In this document: positions 1-13,832 of the stretch, one piece after another
How positions within the stretch are numbered: the first letter of the stretch is position 1
Layout: every line of letters begins with the position of its first letter
Assembly (NCBI GenBank): GCA_002633005.1
Contig: NMRA01000416.1
Location: forward strand, 206,759 to 270,758
Direction of reading: 5' to 3'
Length of the DNA: 64,000 nt
DNA from: Phoronis australis
Lineage: Eukaryota > Animalia > Phoronida
The notes under the pieces: model-generated
Told to the model about the DNA's origin: nothing
Database searches by the model: none
Seen by the model: only the letters and a program-made list of their open reading frames with translations
Translations under genes and position numbers: made by a program

Positions 1-2339
1 AACATCTGTTGTTTCTAGCGGTGCTAACTGGTTCTCGAATCATGTATCCACAAAACTGACTATTACCGCCACAATGCTATCGTGATAATCTCAAATTCAA
101 ACAAAGCAGTAGTAGTACTCACCAGATCCAACAGGAAAGAACACAAATGCATTGACATTGTTGAGTTCCTGTGAAAGTAAGTTGACTTTAGACATTTCAA
201 CCAGCATCCCCACTTCAGGCTTGGCACGCGAGCTACCACTAATGAAATGGGTGTTTGCAGAGTTTACATGGTTTCCACAGAATTCCAAGATGAGCCCGGT
301 GTCTTGCCCTTGCCTTGGACGCAGTGACACAGGCGTGACACGGGTCCAGTGAACACGCATATGTAAATTGTCCGACTCTCGCCAAAATCAGTTGCCGCAG
401 TCTGTAGGTGCGGTGGTTTGCTACTCACTTTATGCCGCATCAAGATTTCACACATGTGCAGAGGACATTCTTTTGAGGTTCCATACACTTCATCACACTC
501 CATCATACTAGCAGATAACACAGCAAGTCAGGATTCGCCAACCGGAACCATTTTGCCACCACTAAAGTGACACCTGTTGTTGGACACTGGGTTCACGAAA
601 AACGCGGAATTTTAATTAAAAAGGAAAAATACCTTTAAAAAATGCGCCTGACTTAATGACACATAACTAAGTATTAATAAATCAACTTTTGAATCAAAAC
701 TATGCACTTTACTGGTGTTGTAATGTTCCAAACAGGTATCGGTATTGAAGGTAATTTCTACTCAGGTGGTTGTCGCAATCTTGCAATTTGTATAGAAAAA
801 TGTTCAGCGCCAGAAAATTTTATTGTACTAATGAACAGCAATAAGATAGAAACGTCTTGTGTAAAAGTCTGGTGTTAATCAGTGTTGCGCCAGCTGAGAT
901 ATACGGGCTCAAAGTGTGGCGAAATTGCAATGCCTTGTTAACCTCTGACCCCTCTATACTTTATGCCTGAAATTTTTAACTTAGCGGCAGAGTTAATGAG
1001 TATTGTTTAACATCTTTGTAAAGCCGAAGACTTGCTTTATTTAAAAATTACAAGCAAATAATGATCTCGGGCGACGATATCTTTTATTGTGCAGTGCAAA
1101 TAAGGCATTTTCGGCGAGTTCATTGCATAGCATACCCCTAAAATAGAGGCTACATGATTTCTCCCACTTAAACAAGGTAAAATGAGATTGGACTTTACTG
1201 TTTTGTTTATCATCCCAAAGGTAACTAAAATGCATAGTATGGTTCAAATCGGTGACATTGGGTTTATCACCCCTCTGGGCATTTTTGCCTGCTGTGAGCC
1301 GTACTTCACTCTTAAGAATTAGTCGACTAATTTTTATTCCGCTGAGCTTCGAGGAGATTAAACCGCATTTAGAAAGGATAGATGAAATTGTTAGAGACAA
1401 CGGGAAGAACAGACACAACCGGGAGAAGAATAAATATCTTCTAAATATTCTCTGAAACTCAAAAAATGCCTTCATGGATCAAGAAATTTAGAATTGTATT
1501 GCGCGTACTGTGATGTGCCATTATTTAAAGCCATGAGTTAAAGAGTTGGATGGAAACCCAATCATTTTAATCACAAAATAGAAACCAGCATCTGATGACT
1601 TAGCTCTGCATATTCCTAAATCATACTCCTAAATAAATTTAATTTAAAATGTCGTGGTTCCCACTGTAAGACAGCACGGGTAATTTGAATCAAATGAATG
1701 TCAAAAGTCCATGATGTCTACTGAACCATATGCTTCACACTTTGTTTTAAGAAGATACTGAAGTCCTGTTATTAACACTTTAAAAGCATCACATTTATTG
1801 CTTACATGGGCATGCATCAGAACCAGCGACAGCATGGACCAGAGAATAATTTTGTACAAGCCCTAAGGACAAGTTCTAATTTAAAAAAATTCATTGATAT
1901 GCATTTAATGACCGTGATTAGTAATATTTCAAACTTTATTTCATATTTTATATTTTCACTGTCATATTTACCTACTAGTTTTGAATTAATGTTCTATTTA
2001 ACACTTTAAAACAGATTTTCCTGATAACTTACAGCTGTCAAATACAAAATGATTATCACTCTCATTCCCATTGATAATGCTTACCCTCTTCAAAAGGAAG
2101 TGAAGATTTTAGGTGTTTTATATCATTAATCAAATGTAATGAAAAGTTAAAATCCTAGAGTATATTCCTAATATAGCGCTACCTGTGATGATTTTGTGCA
2201 AAAGGCTAATCGGTACATTTTAATTAAAATCATTGAATTAGTATCAAAAGACCAATATAGCGTAAATACTGCAAAAGTTTGAATCATTCTGAATTGATAT
2301 CTTAGTCACAACAAACAATTTATTACTAGAAATTCAGAG

Positions 2340-2737
2340 CATACGTCCGTCACGTACGTCCGTCACACTAACTCAACTTATATCGAGCTCTCTGACAAAA
2401 ATTTCGTAACAGATATCATCAAAAAATTAGTGTGTTCTACTTTGCAAACATTCCACTAAATCATCATGTAAATCATAAAATTGTAACTCAATGCAACTCA
2501 CAGAAAATTTACATTAATTTTTTTTTAATTCAAATTCTCTGCCTACGTCCATCACACCCCTTTAAAGACAATTTTCTCAGTCAGATTAAAAGATATGGGG
2601 AAAGTTGATACATGCTTTGAAAGCTATTAGTCAGACCTATCAATTGATGTATTAATTGTTTTCCTAGGGTCAACACTTGTTTCACAATTGATCAAAATGT
2701 TCAATGATTGTACTTCCGTCACAAATGGAATTGCCGC
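2340..2737. mobile_element. Probable Sola2-type terminal fragment
   Basis: Repeated TACGTCCGTCAC subterminal motifs (2342, 2355, variants near 2544 and 2712). The segment ends in CCGTCACAAATGGAATTGCCGC, reverse complement GCGGCAATTCCATTTGTGACGG. No partner end found. Confidence 0.35.
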
Positions 2738-5539
2738 ACTAGTAACCATTAATGTCATTTTAAACTTTTGGGAGTTTACCAAAGTTTAATTGAGCGGTCT
2801 TAACAGTCAAAAGTATGAAACCTTCGAAGTTACAACAGATTTTTTTAATAATACACTAATATGTAAAATGAAACTGATCCCCAAATGAAAAAGTGTACTG
2901 ACTTTCAGATGGGACATGAATTGAAACTCAATTGAGGTTCAGTTGAGATTCAATTGAAGTTTTTCCCATTTAAATGATTTGATTCAATTCATTTGCTCAT
3001 CCCTAACAGCGTTCTCCCCTTAATTGAGTACAACAAATTGTCGGATGACCCCTGTAGCCATTATCTTACACTACTGATTAAGTCTATGGTGGTGTTTATG
3101 GCTGCATGGAGGGTCAGTTCTCATCTAGGAAAAGATCCTATATATCAGGCCTGAAGGGCTGACTGTGCTGTTAAAAATAAAAGTCAAGCTATAAAATGTT
3201 TGAACATAAACCAATAACATTTCTGAATTCCTCGTCAAATGTTCATCATGTTTTAAAGTTTTACAATCACCAAAATGGCCAAACTACAACTGAAATTTAA
3301 AGGCAGCGTAAAATGAACCAGCTGCTCTTTAGAGGTGTTAAATACAATTTTGTGCAACATATCTTTCTTTCTCTTTATTCCACAAAACCACTTCTTAATT
3401 ACTACACATTTTATGCTCCCCCCATAGTATGCGCTCCCATAGGAAACCTCTCACATTTGTCTAGTGTATTGACATCATCGTTGTGACCAGCACATTACTG
3501 CACTAACCACAGCCTGAACACCTGATCACCTGCAGGGACAGTCAAAAAGATAAGTAGTTCGCTCAAGGAAGGTCACCAATTAGAAACATCACTGATGTCA
3601 GGAATCAATGTCGATTGATAACGCGGTTACTAACCAGAACAGTCGCGTCAAGTAATGCTGCCCTTCGAACCCAGCACACTGAACAGCGACATAGATCACT
3701 GATAGGACGCTATCCACTCACTCACGGCGAACTAAGTTCCAAAGTATTTGCACCCATGTAAAACGCTATACAAAACCTACGTTTCTTAAATCTGACAACG
3801 ACAAACTTGCCGAACTCTGTGGTGGAAAAACATATAAAAAATTATTTACTAACAATATCCCCACCAGTAAATCACTATGGTTTAGTGTGAATGCATGTCT
3901 GCTTTTTATTGCAAAAAAAAACAAACGTGAAGATGACAACCCTTGGCTATCGCCAAACGATGCTGAACAAACTTGTCTCGCACCAGAATAATCCTAAGTC
4001 AGCAAGAAATTCTCAAGCTCTCGTTTCCGGGACACTGCGTGCAATCATGAGAAATAAAAGTAAAGTCGTTCAAACAGCTCATGCCGAAGGCGTACACATG
4101 TTGGAAACGCAAGTTGTTATCTCACCAACAACCAATCGGCGCCGAATGTGAGCACCGCCACCGGGGAAAGTCAATTAATTAAAAGTTAAGTGACGATATG
4201 GAAAAACTAGCACCCCAGTACAATGTATATACACCTTGTGAAAACGTGGATGCTAAAATCATGATTCTAGGTGTAAAATTAAAGAAGTTATGGTGATTTT
4301 AAAGTGGGACTGCTAACTCCGACTAGTCAGTGCCCAGTAATCTCTAAGGAGTTTCTTGGAAAAACTTCTTGTTTCGGTTACAGGTGCAAGGGTCTACAAT
4401 ACGCGCAAATAGTACATTAAAGTAAATTCATAACAAAAATGAAAAGAAAGAACACTTACCCCGGCGTGTAACGATGATTTGGTTTTCGTTTTGGCTGGCA
4501 ATCACAGACGAGCGTTCTCTGCTTGCACCATAGACTATAATCTATGCTTGTTCCTATCTTGGCGTCTTGTGTGAACTTGCGCAGCGCTTACTTCCGGGTT
4601 ATGATAAGGAGTACTTGAGTCAACTAACCGACCCCCCTGCTATCACTACTCACGTGGTAATATTAATCATTGACACCCGGCCACAAGTCTTTAACTGCCA
4701 GGCCTATTACTCTGTACAGTCCGTAAGTTGATTTTATGAAAAATCGCCCACGCTCAATAAAACGGTGCAAATGATGTCGCCGAGACATTTTTAAAAAACA
4801 AACCATGGGATACCGGACTTAGACATCAAGTATTTGTAAAGGGAGCATTTACAAGACTGCACAAGCAAAATTTAATCATATAAGGCAATTGGATATTTTT
4901 CACAAGTCTTTTAAGTGACAAATTGTAACATTCGTTACTGTCGCCGGTTTACTCTTTTGGTTTGGGAAACTATAATAATTTCTCATTTTAGATACTTATT
5001 TCATTTGTTTGATATACATGCTGCTCTTTTCAATCAACTGGAGTACGTACATCTGTGCAACTAGTGAATTTCTAGAAACGTGAATATACCTGTCGCCATC
5101 TTATTGTCGGTATTGACCGACAACAGGTTTGTGCAAATAATTGTATGAACTGATGCTATAAGTTAAAACTCTACAATTGTACACTGGGAGGTAGAGGGTG
5201 GGAAATTTGAATAAGTTTTTGAACGTACGACAATGTGGCCAGATGAACTGAAAGCGAGGTTACCATAACAAAGAAAACACCCCTAAGGACACGTGACAAT
5301 CATCAGCCTATAAGAGCCAAGAGCTGACCAAACTCGAGGCACGTGATAACAACAGACCAATACGAAGGCTGGGAAACGACGTGTAGTCCTACACAAAGTA
5401 ATAATGGAATAGACCGAAATGAGAGGGGAAAGGAGTTAGACGGGTCCATATGCTCATATGAATATATTTAACGAGCGAAATACCATTTATGATCGACATA
5501 TGTCCCGAATAATAGATAAATGATACGTGCGTCGCAAGC

Positions 5540-5960
5540 TCGTTACCAGAGATGAAAATGAGACGGAGGTAGAAGATATAAGGTCATTTATTATGACTAG
5601 TACAATTACAATATAATGAATACAGGTACATAACGTATAATTGGTAATCTCTGGTAAGATGGGCAATAAAAAGCGCCACTAGAGATGTTGTAAGACAGCT
5701 CATGCCCGTCCGCAGGGACGCTCGAAGGGAGAGAAATGGAAGGAATAGTGTGAAGGACTACTTACAAACTCTGTCAGCCGGATACCCAACCTTAACTCCG
5801 GGTGCCAAACCGGAGGGGGAGGTACGATTGCCCAGGACTGGAACAGGTGCCGGTGTTGTCTCAATCCGTGTCGTGGCGGGAATAGCCTGGACGAAACGAA
5901 CTCGAGTGGCTACGACAGTACCTCGGCTACACCTGGGGATCTGGACAAGCTGGTGGTGAA
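5540..5960 (-). mobile_element. DIRS/Ngaro-like fragment (RNase H end and tyrosine-recombinase start) nested in the Sola element
   Basis: Minus-strand frames give RFVQAIPATTRIETTPAPVP, SGLAPGVKVGY and SLVALFIAHL. DNA similarity to 14350-14630 (TCTGGTAAGATGGGCAAT, TAACTCCG.GTGCCAAACC). Confidence 0.5.
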
Positions 5961-8059
5961 ATGGCCGTCTTCAAGAAGAAACAGACCGCGCAAAAGAATA
6001 AAGCACTATCAAAAGCACATAGAAATGTGAAAAAATTAAAGAACGAGAATGAAATACTGAGAAAAAAGATAGAAACAATTCAACGAAAAGTGCAGCGTAT
6101 GACAGCGAATAAGATTTGTTCGACACCCAAAAGTGAAACCAATGAAATGATGAAACATTTGCGGCTTACCGGCTCCAACAAGCACCAGGTTGAAACTCGT
6201 AGAAAGCTTTTGATGTCTAACGTGATCACTGATGAGATTAAGCGAAAAGTTTCACCACAGATCAGAACAGGAAGAAAAGTATTTATGGCTTACTCGCTGG
6301 AAAGCTTGAGGCTAAGTACAGATGTATGTCAAGCATAAGCAAGTGTGCAAGCCTCAACCGCAACATGGTTGCATGGGTGATCAAAGAAGGAGTAAACAAA
6401 GTAAAAAAAGAAACAGGGCCCTAATGAAATACAGACATAGTGTTTTATCCTTTCTCGAAAGAGAAGACAATTGTCGGGTTAATCCTGGAAAGAAAGACGC
6501 CGTGACTTGCGAATAAGGGAAAGTTCAAACCAAGGTATTGACCGACTACTTAGATAATTTACACCAGAAGTACCTCTCAGAGAACCCACACGCCTCGTTG
6601 TCACTCTCCACGTTCAGGAGGATCAGATCAAAGTATCTACTCCCGACTAACTTCATGAGCAGGAGCACCTTTTTGTATGCACTAAACACCATTCAAGCTC
6701 AAAATGCTGAAATCTGCTGGTGTTTCAACAACTTCCAACTCTGAAAATTTCATACGTCAAGGCGCGGTAGCTGACTGTTGTAGATTACCAGCGAAGGTAT
6801 CTTATTGTACATGGAAGCGCGTCAAAGATGCAGACGGAAAACAGAAGATGAAAATCATTCAAGAGGAAAAGCAGAGGGACAACTTCATACAACATTGGGA
6901 AAAAGAATTGGCCAACTTCAAACATCACGTCGGAAGAATGCAAAAGCAATACTCAGAGATTAGAAACATAAAGCAAAACCTTCCTGAGAACGAAGTTATT
7001 CTTCATATGGACTTTGCTGAAAACTACAGCTTCAGAACCGCAAATGAAGTCCAGAGTGCAAACTGGAGTCAGTCGCAAGTTACACTACATCCCATGGTGT
7101 TATATTACATAGATAAAGAGACTCATTCCTTAAAACACAAGAGCTTTGTGGATGTGTCGGATTGTCTTACATATGCTTCTTCAACTGTTCTTGCAATCCT
7201 GGAAGAGTTCGTTAAAACCGTTGTGCCAGAGCTTCAAATTGTTCAACACGTCCACTACTGGACTGACAGTCCAACAAGTCAATACCGGAATAGATACATT
7301 TTTAAAATGATAATTAACCACAAGTCTACGTTTGGCTGCCACGCGACGTGGAACTATTTTGAAGCCGGCCATGGCAAAGGTGCTTGTGATGGGATTGGTG
7401 GCACAGCGAAACGAATGGCCGATGGGGCAGTGAATGCACAACGAGCAACAATTCAAAATGCACAAGATTTCTTCAAGTGGGCAATCCATTCAGGCATCAA
7501 AGGTATTCGCTTCTTCTTTGTAGACAATGAAAAGTGTGAAAAGAAGGCTGAAGAAATTAAGTCGTGTAAACTTCCGCCTGTCAAAAGTACAATATTATTT
7601 CATGCGTGCAGAAGTGATGGGAAAGACCTCATGTCAGCAAGCACATAGTGTCATTGCGCTGACTGTCAATTGGGAAAGCTGTGCGATAACTGGAGCTTAG
7701 CGGCAAGCGTTCCTGATCCCAGCCCTGAAGAAGATTCTGTCACCAAGACAGTCTCTACAATTTGTGAAGAAACGTCGTATCATGTTGGCGACTTTGTAGC
7801 TGCTATCTACTTGGACCAGTGGTACGTGGGGAAAATAATTGCGGTCGACAGTGAAGACGGCGAGGTTGAAATTTCATTCATGCAACACAGGGGGAGACTT
7901 TTCCAGTGGCCTTCAACAGAGGACACCTTGTGGTCACCTGTTAGGAATATTCTGTGCAAGTTACAAGCGCCTACTCGAACGGGAAAATCGGCCAGAATGT
8001 TTCGCCTTGCTTGCCAAGACAGGGATCAAGTCGAGTTGTTGTTTTCGGGAATACAGTGA
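5961..8059 (+). pseudogene. Sola2-like DDD transposase pseudogene with a C-terminal Tudor-like domain
   Basis: Motifs HMDFAENY, QVTLHP, YWTDSPTSQYRN and WNYFEAGHGKGACDGIGG. Frameshifts lie between ORFs 5961, 6322/6538 and 6704. An in-frame TAG at 7646-7648 separates ORFs 6704 and 7670, which share a frame. The C-terminus reads VGDFVAAIYLDQWYVGKI...FQWP. Confidence 0.8.
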
Positions 8060-10221
8060 TTCCCCTCTTGAAATCGTTGATCACGTTCATGGATACTCTA
8101 GTGCTCGTAGCTAGCTAGTGATACTGACATCTATTTGATCACTATGATTTAAGCAACTATTGATTAAGCGGCTACACGTGCTCTCCTGAATATTTTCGGA
8201 AGCACAAATTCTGATTCATGGTTCGTTTTGAGTGAGATTTCGAATTTAATATCTTTAGAGGTATCGGCTACTTTATATGAAACATTCGTTACCGTTGTCA
8301 CATGGGGTTAGTTTGTTGTTTAGAGTAAATCAAGTTATTTGTTGGTATGTATTTTGAGTGCATTTCAAGGGTTTTTCGTAAAGAACGCCCCAAATAATTT
8401 ATAATTTAATGTTTTCGTTTCACCGAATTTGCTGTAACATTCGTTACCTTTAAGCTTCAAGTTTGAATAATTTACGAAATTCTGAAAATATTGTCAGATC
8501 AGCGAACAAATGATTTAATATGTGAGACATAAATTGTCGACTGGGTTTAAGTCAAAAGTTTTGCGTTTGCCTGACTCTGCTTGATACAGCAAGTGCTGTA
8601 CTCTAGTCAAAGATTCCCTATCCTTTTCACTTGTTGTTTGTTGCAAATGTTGGTCATATTAGATTAAAGTTTACTACTGTTCCGATACTAGGTTCTCACC
8701 TATTTTTCTCAACACTATATTCTTCCCACCCCTATATGAATGAAACTTGTCGTTGATAAACCTTTACAAAAAAGTCTTGTACACTTGTTACTAATGTTTA
8801 CTGCACTTGCACATATGTTACAAGGACACATTTAAGAACAAAGTAATGTGTGATCTTTTTTTTTGGAAAAGTTAACTTGAAAAAAATATTCCTGAAATTT
8901 ATAGGCACTGTTTGTTGAAACAAAGCACTTTTCTTCAAAAATTATTAATATTTTTTTGTCAAGTAGTGTATGCCCATTTGCACCGTTTTATTGAGCCCTG
9001 GCGATATATGGAAACTTTTCGTAGAAAATACAAAAACAGCACAAAAACAGGGTATCATTAGTGACAGGATATCGAATTTTGTTCTACACCCAATAGTCAT
9101 GATTTTACAAAAAAGTTGACATGGTGGTGTATAAATACAGAAGTTGCAGTAATTGTCAATAAAAATTTTTGCGTTTTTATTTCCAGCTTTTTAAAATTAG
9201 TTTCATTCACACTGGTTACAACCTGATGTTAGTTTCGCAACAGTGTATATAATATTTTGACAGCTATATGGTATAGGTTTACTACGAACAATTTTACGTC
9301 TGCAATGATAGTTGCCTGGGTAAATTTGCCTAGGTGAGTTGGTTTAGCAGACGTCACTAGTGTCATTCATGTACACTAAATGAATCGAGTAGGACAAGAA
9401 ACAAAATAATGACAGAATTTTCTAAAGTTGGTGAAAGTTGCCAAGCTGTCGACGAATATGGGCATTGAACCAACGGAACTTAATTGTATCAATTCCAAAT
9501 AGTGACCAAAATTGTCGTAAAATTCCCGCTTGGCGCGGTCACAACACCAAAGTTGAAGGAGGCCGAACCAGGATAAGATTACTATCAAAACAACAATATG
9601 GGCGAGGTAAGATAATCAACTTTCATCTCATGCTATTTTCAAATACATGGATTATGCATGAAAATTTTGTAGATAAAAATCTAGTTCTCAAAAACGTGCT
9701 TTGTGGTGAAACATCAGGATTTAGAGTTAGAGGGCCATAATGATCCAGAACGCTAATAATTTTTTCCACGAAGTAGCACCCTTTTAATTTACTTTTCATT
9801 AACTGAGATACTTTTTTGATTGTTAGTGGTCTCTAGGACATTATTGATAACATATATACATACATATATATAGAATGCGTGAGACGTCATTAACCCAAGT
9901 AAGCCTATCCGATTTTTGTTTAATATTCATTATTCATAATTTTTCATTTGAAAATGTAAGTAAATACTAGTTCATTCAATTTAATCAAAGTAAAATAATT
10001 ATTGTTTCGAGCAAGTATAAAAAACACCCTCAACATACTTGTTGTACAATTCGGGTAATTCAAGTTGAGGAAAACACTATATGCATCCCAAAATGTGACT
10101 GAAGCTAAGAAAGGTGAACCGATAGCTTAGAAATACGCTGATGTCATAATTTTATGAAGTGCTCTTTTTCATGGAAGAATGTAACGTCTTTCATTAGGTT
10201 GTTATTATCATTAGGTTATTA

Positions 10222-10307
10222 TTTGAGGACCCTCTTGGAAAGCAGTGCTATCACTGAAGAGGCCACCCTCATTTTAAATATCACAATAAATAAATAAAAT
10301 AAAAAAA
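10222..10307 (+). mobile_element. LINE (L2/CR1-group-like) 3' tail
   Basis: Stem-loop GAGGACCCTCTTGGAAAGCAGTG...CACTGAAGAGGCCACCCTC followed by an (AATA)n/A-rich tail. Confidence 0.45.
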
Positions 10308-11757
10308 TTCAAAGACCGATCTAAAAATGATAGCAGAAATACATTTGCAACTTTTGGGCGTTTTCTTGCTTCCAGACTATTTTGGCTACTATATGTTTAA
10401 TCAAACTCCCCCCCATATACTTGTTTAACAATATTGAAGTAAACAAGTCAATTACACAGTGGTCACTAAAACGGGTCATGGGCCACATGGACGTGACTGT
10501 ATTGCTTCAACATCCACCGTAGTTCCTGGAATTCCATGTTCAGTAGTCTGTGCCCTATATGTCTATGTTTATTCTATTTGACCTGCAACACACTTCAGGT
10601 AGGCACTGAGACTGATTCATATGTGACAGTGGAGATATGACCAGAACGGGAGATATAGATCGGAGACTTCAATCACAAGACAGCACCAAAATACCCCTAA
10701 AAGATTGAAAATAACAATGCATGTACTCACAGTACCTATAAACAAATGCTCTTGAATTTTATATTATTAGTATCATTTACACACCCAATCGTTAATTGAT
10801 AAATAATTTTATTTTATGTAGCGTGGGGGCAACCGGAGGGGAGGGGGTTGGGGACTCCAACGAACTCCCAATTTGGCGAATCAGGTCATTCTCAATAAAA
10901 CAAAAAGTCCGAGCAAACGAGAAACAAAAGTCCAAAAAGCCCTCGTTGATTTGTTTTTAGTAAAAGGTCCGCAAACCAAAAAATTCGAGCCCCCCATAAT
11001 TTTAGTCTGGATGCACGCACGTGTAAGTGTGTGTTTCATTAGGTTTTGAAACCTAGGGTACTTGATATGTTTTTGTAATGGATTGATGACAACAAAAAGC
11101 GTTTCATATATGTTAAGCTGTAAACAATAGTTTGCTTACATCAGTGCTAAAACTTCTTTCTAAGGGAGAATGCTTAATTGTCACTCACAGAAGAGGATCA
11201 GACGTACTCGTTTGAGTTGTGGTACCGTTCTATCGCAACTGAGGTAACCCAAAATGATTTCCATGCAATGACAACAGGAAATGGTGGCAAAGTCCAAAAG
11301 AATTTACCATCCCTTACAAAGTCTAGATCAACTATAAAATCGTACTTGTGTTTGATTCTCATAACAGCAAGTTAAAGTAAGCCTTAGACTTAAAAGTGGC
11401 AATCCCAGGTGGTCATCCAGTTGTTTCCTACTCTTTTATTTTAGATTCTGTTGCAATGAACACGCCTAAAACCTGAAAGGTAGCAGGGGCGGATCCAGGA
11501 TTTTGAGTTAGAGGGGGGCAGGACACGGGAATAACCAGAATTTCGACAGATGCGCGCGCCCAGCCTATGGGGACGCAAAGGCCTCGAATGTTTGGGGTTA
11601 CGGACCTGTGGACCTGTTGACTAAAAAATATAAAAAAACGGTAAATGGGGTTTGTTCAGGGACTATATGTTGTTTATTCACCCCGACGAGCCCCTCCTTG
11701 CGCGCACCCGAACTCCCAAATGGTATCTGGTAGGATTTTAGGGGGGGCATGGCACCC

Positions 11758-12856
11758 TTGTTCTTCAAAACTGAATCGTTTGCTTGCATTTCGCTTGCAT
11801 ACTACACACACGGCATGCGCGCACGCTGCATAAAATATAGGGTGGTCGAATTTTTGAGGATGTGGACCTTTTACTAAAGAAAAAAAAAACGAATACGGGG
11901 TTTGTTCAGGGCTACGAATTGTGCATACGCCGAATCCTGCCTTTTTAGGGATTTTTGCGTCATTTTTCCTAGATTGTTTGTTTCTCTGAGGTGGACCTTT
12001 TTACCCACTTTGCCAAATGGGGAGGGAATCCCCATACCCGGTACGTGCATGCACGGAGCACGTCCTGACAGGCGCACCCACGATACAAATAAGAAGTAAC
12101 CATGAAGTAGGCCTGCGCAGTATCTCAGTTACTGAATTTGAACTCCAGGGCTGGGTTGCATAAAGCTTCAAATGTTATTCGCTGGATAAGTTTGATTGTT
12201 GCGTGACGTCTGGTGCATTGTTCAACAAAAACAACGTGACGCGTGATAATGCGACGTCATTGTTGTTATTCGGCGTATAACTTTTATGCAACTGGGCCCA
12301 GACGTTGAAGTGTGTGCATTTTTGGGACACACTCTGCATCATTTCCCGATCCCAGCAACCAGAAACTGGACTACAGACTGTGTTCCACAGGATCAAGAAA
12401 TTCTGAAACGGCCACAAAGGCACTCATACCAGGCACCTCGGGACATCACCCCTTTCCAAAAATTACTTCGAAGAATGGCGATAATAAAATGAAGTTTTCC
12501 GGAAACTGGATCGTAATAAAACGAATTTTGACCTTCGACCCAGAGTTGAGTACTAGGTACGAACCCACTGTTGGAACCACAGCTATAGTTACTTCAGGCA
12601 GCTCCCATCTACTCTAGACCCATTCTTACTCTTCGTGTAACTTTGTTGGTTCACAACGGTTACTCAAATCCCTGTGGCTGCTTCCCCGGTATTATCCCCA
12701 CCTATGGCGGACATGGGGGGGGGGTTCGGTACAAATATGGTGACATCCAGAGAATCAGAGAACGGNGGAGGGCAGATGATAGCACATGAAGGTGGTAGGT
12801 TGGCGAAGTCAAATTGGTTTGTGCCCCCCAATAATTTTTTCCTTCCTACGGGCCTG
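11758..12856. mobile_element. Non-autonomous DNA element (hAT-like end), copy 1
   Basis: Collinear with 37949-38903 from TTGTTCTTCAAAACTGAATCG to CCTTCCTACGGGCCTG. The terminus reads CAGGCCCGTAGGAAGG on the minus strand. Confidence 0.65.
12149..12298. mobile_element. PIF/Harbinger-like MITE with CAG TSD
   Basis: TIRs GGCTGGGTTGCATAAA and TTTATGCAACTGGGCC, with CAG at 12146-12148 and 12299-12301. The paralogous empty site ACTCCAGATG is at 38341. Confidence 0.85.
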
Positions 12857-12857
12857 C

Positions 12858-13832
12858 TCTCACGAAGGCACACAAGCACGTTTCCGCGGATGAACGAGGC
12901 TCCAGAAGAAACATAATAACTATGTTTGCTCTCTGCAGTTAACTGAAATTGAGCTCAAAAACAAGGATATGCTTTGGACGAACGAGTAAGGTGTTTTAAT
13001 TTTAAAATTCAACTTGGTCCAGATTGATATTTGAAACCTAACACATGAAATAGACGTAGACAAGAATTATTAAAACCAAGAAAACAGAATTGATGGTCAA
13101 ATAATTACTTGTGAATGTGTGCAATGGAGTGAATAAGAACCTGGATATAATGCAAGAGCGATTTCTGAGGCTGTGCTCGTTTTTTATTTGTTTCAAAATT
13201 TAAAAAATGGTCAAATAATTTTTATTTTCAATTACGAGCTTGGTTTTTTATTTTAATAAAAAATATAATTAATAACATCACTTATTCTTTCAGATCAATG
13301 ACAAATCACTTGTTAGTCCCAATAGTCCCTACCTCACCAGGACATAGGCTTGATGTTAATATTTTTGATCAACAAATTAAACCAGATGTGACTAATTGCA
13401 CATGACAGCAAAATGCCATGAGCCACCACTGTCGAATATATCTCCAACTCGTCAACAATCCAAGCAGATGACCTGGTTCGTGTAGAAAGCATTTTTATCA
13501 AAAATTTACAAGAAGAAACGTAAACCTGCATTCAGCATGATACTTAATCCGTAACACTACGATTGCCGCAATTTGGTCATGTTTACTTTTCATGTTTCGA
13601 ACCTAGTTTTCCGGAAAAAACCTATATCCTTTCGTCAGACAACTCTTTGGTGCATTGACTTGTTCTTTAACTGTATTTTTCTACGTCTCTGTGGTTAACT
13701 ATTGACACATTTTTTAAGATTTAATATTCAGGTTGGACTCCAAAGACCGGCCATTTAACTCACACAATGTAAATTTCCGCTTTGTTTATCGCAGTGAGCC
13801 TCGCTTTGGATTTTAATGTCCGCCGCGTGAAT
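12858..13832 (-). mobile_element. Truncated second copy of the ISL2EU-like element
   Basis: Reverse-complement match to about 45213-46145, e.g. TTCACGCGGCGGACATTAAAATCCAAAGCGAGGCTCACTGCG. ORF 13334..13531 is similar to ORF 45488..45691. Confidence 0.75.

Larger units (their letters stand above)
4745..9003 (+). mobile_element. Sola2-like DNA transposon with 29-bp TIRs
   Basis: CGCCCACGCTCAATAAAACGGTGCAAATG (4745-4773) matches the reverse complement of 8975-9003 at 26/29 positions. Flanks are AAAT and ATAT, resembling an AWWT TSD. Contains a disrupted transposase. Confidence 0.8.

Noticed and set aside
97-560. Overlapping ORFs at the window start
   Set aside because: The composition looks coding-like but I recognise no motif or consistent splice structure, so I cannot support a call.
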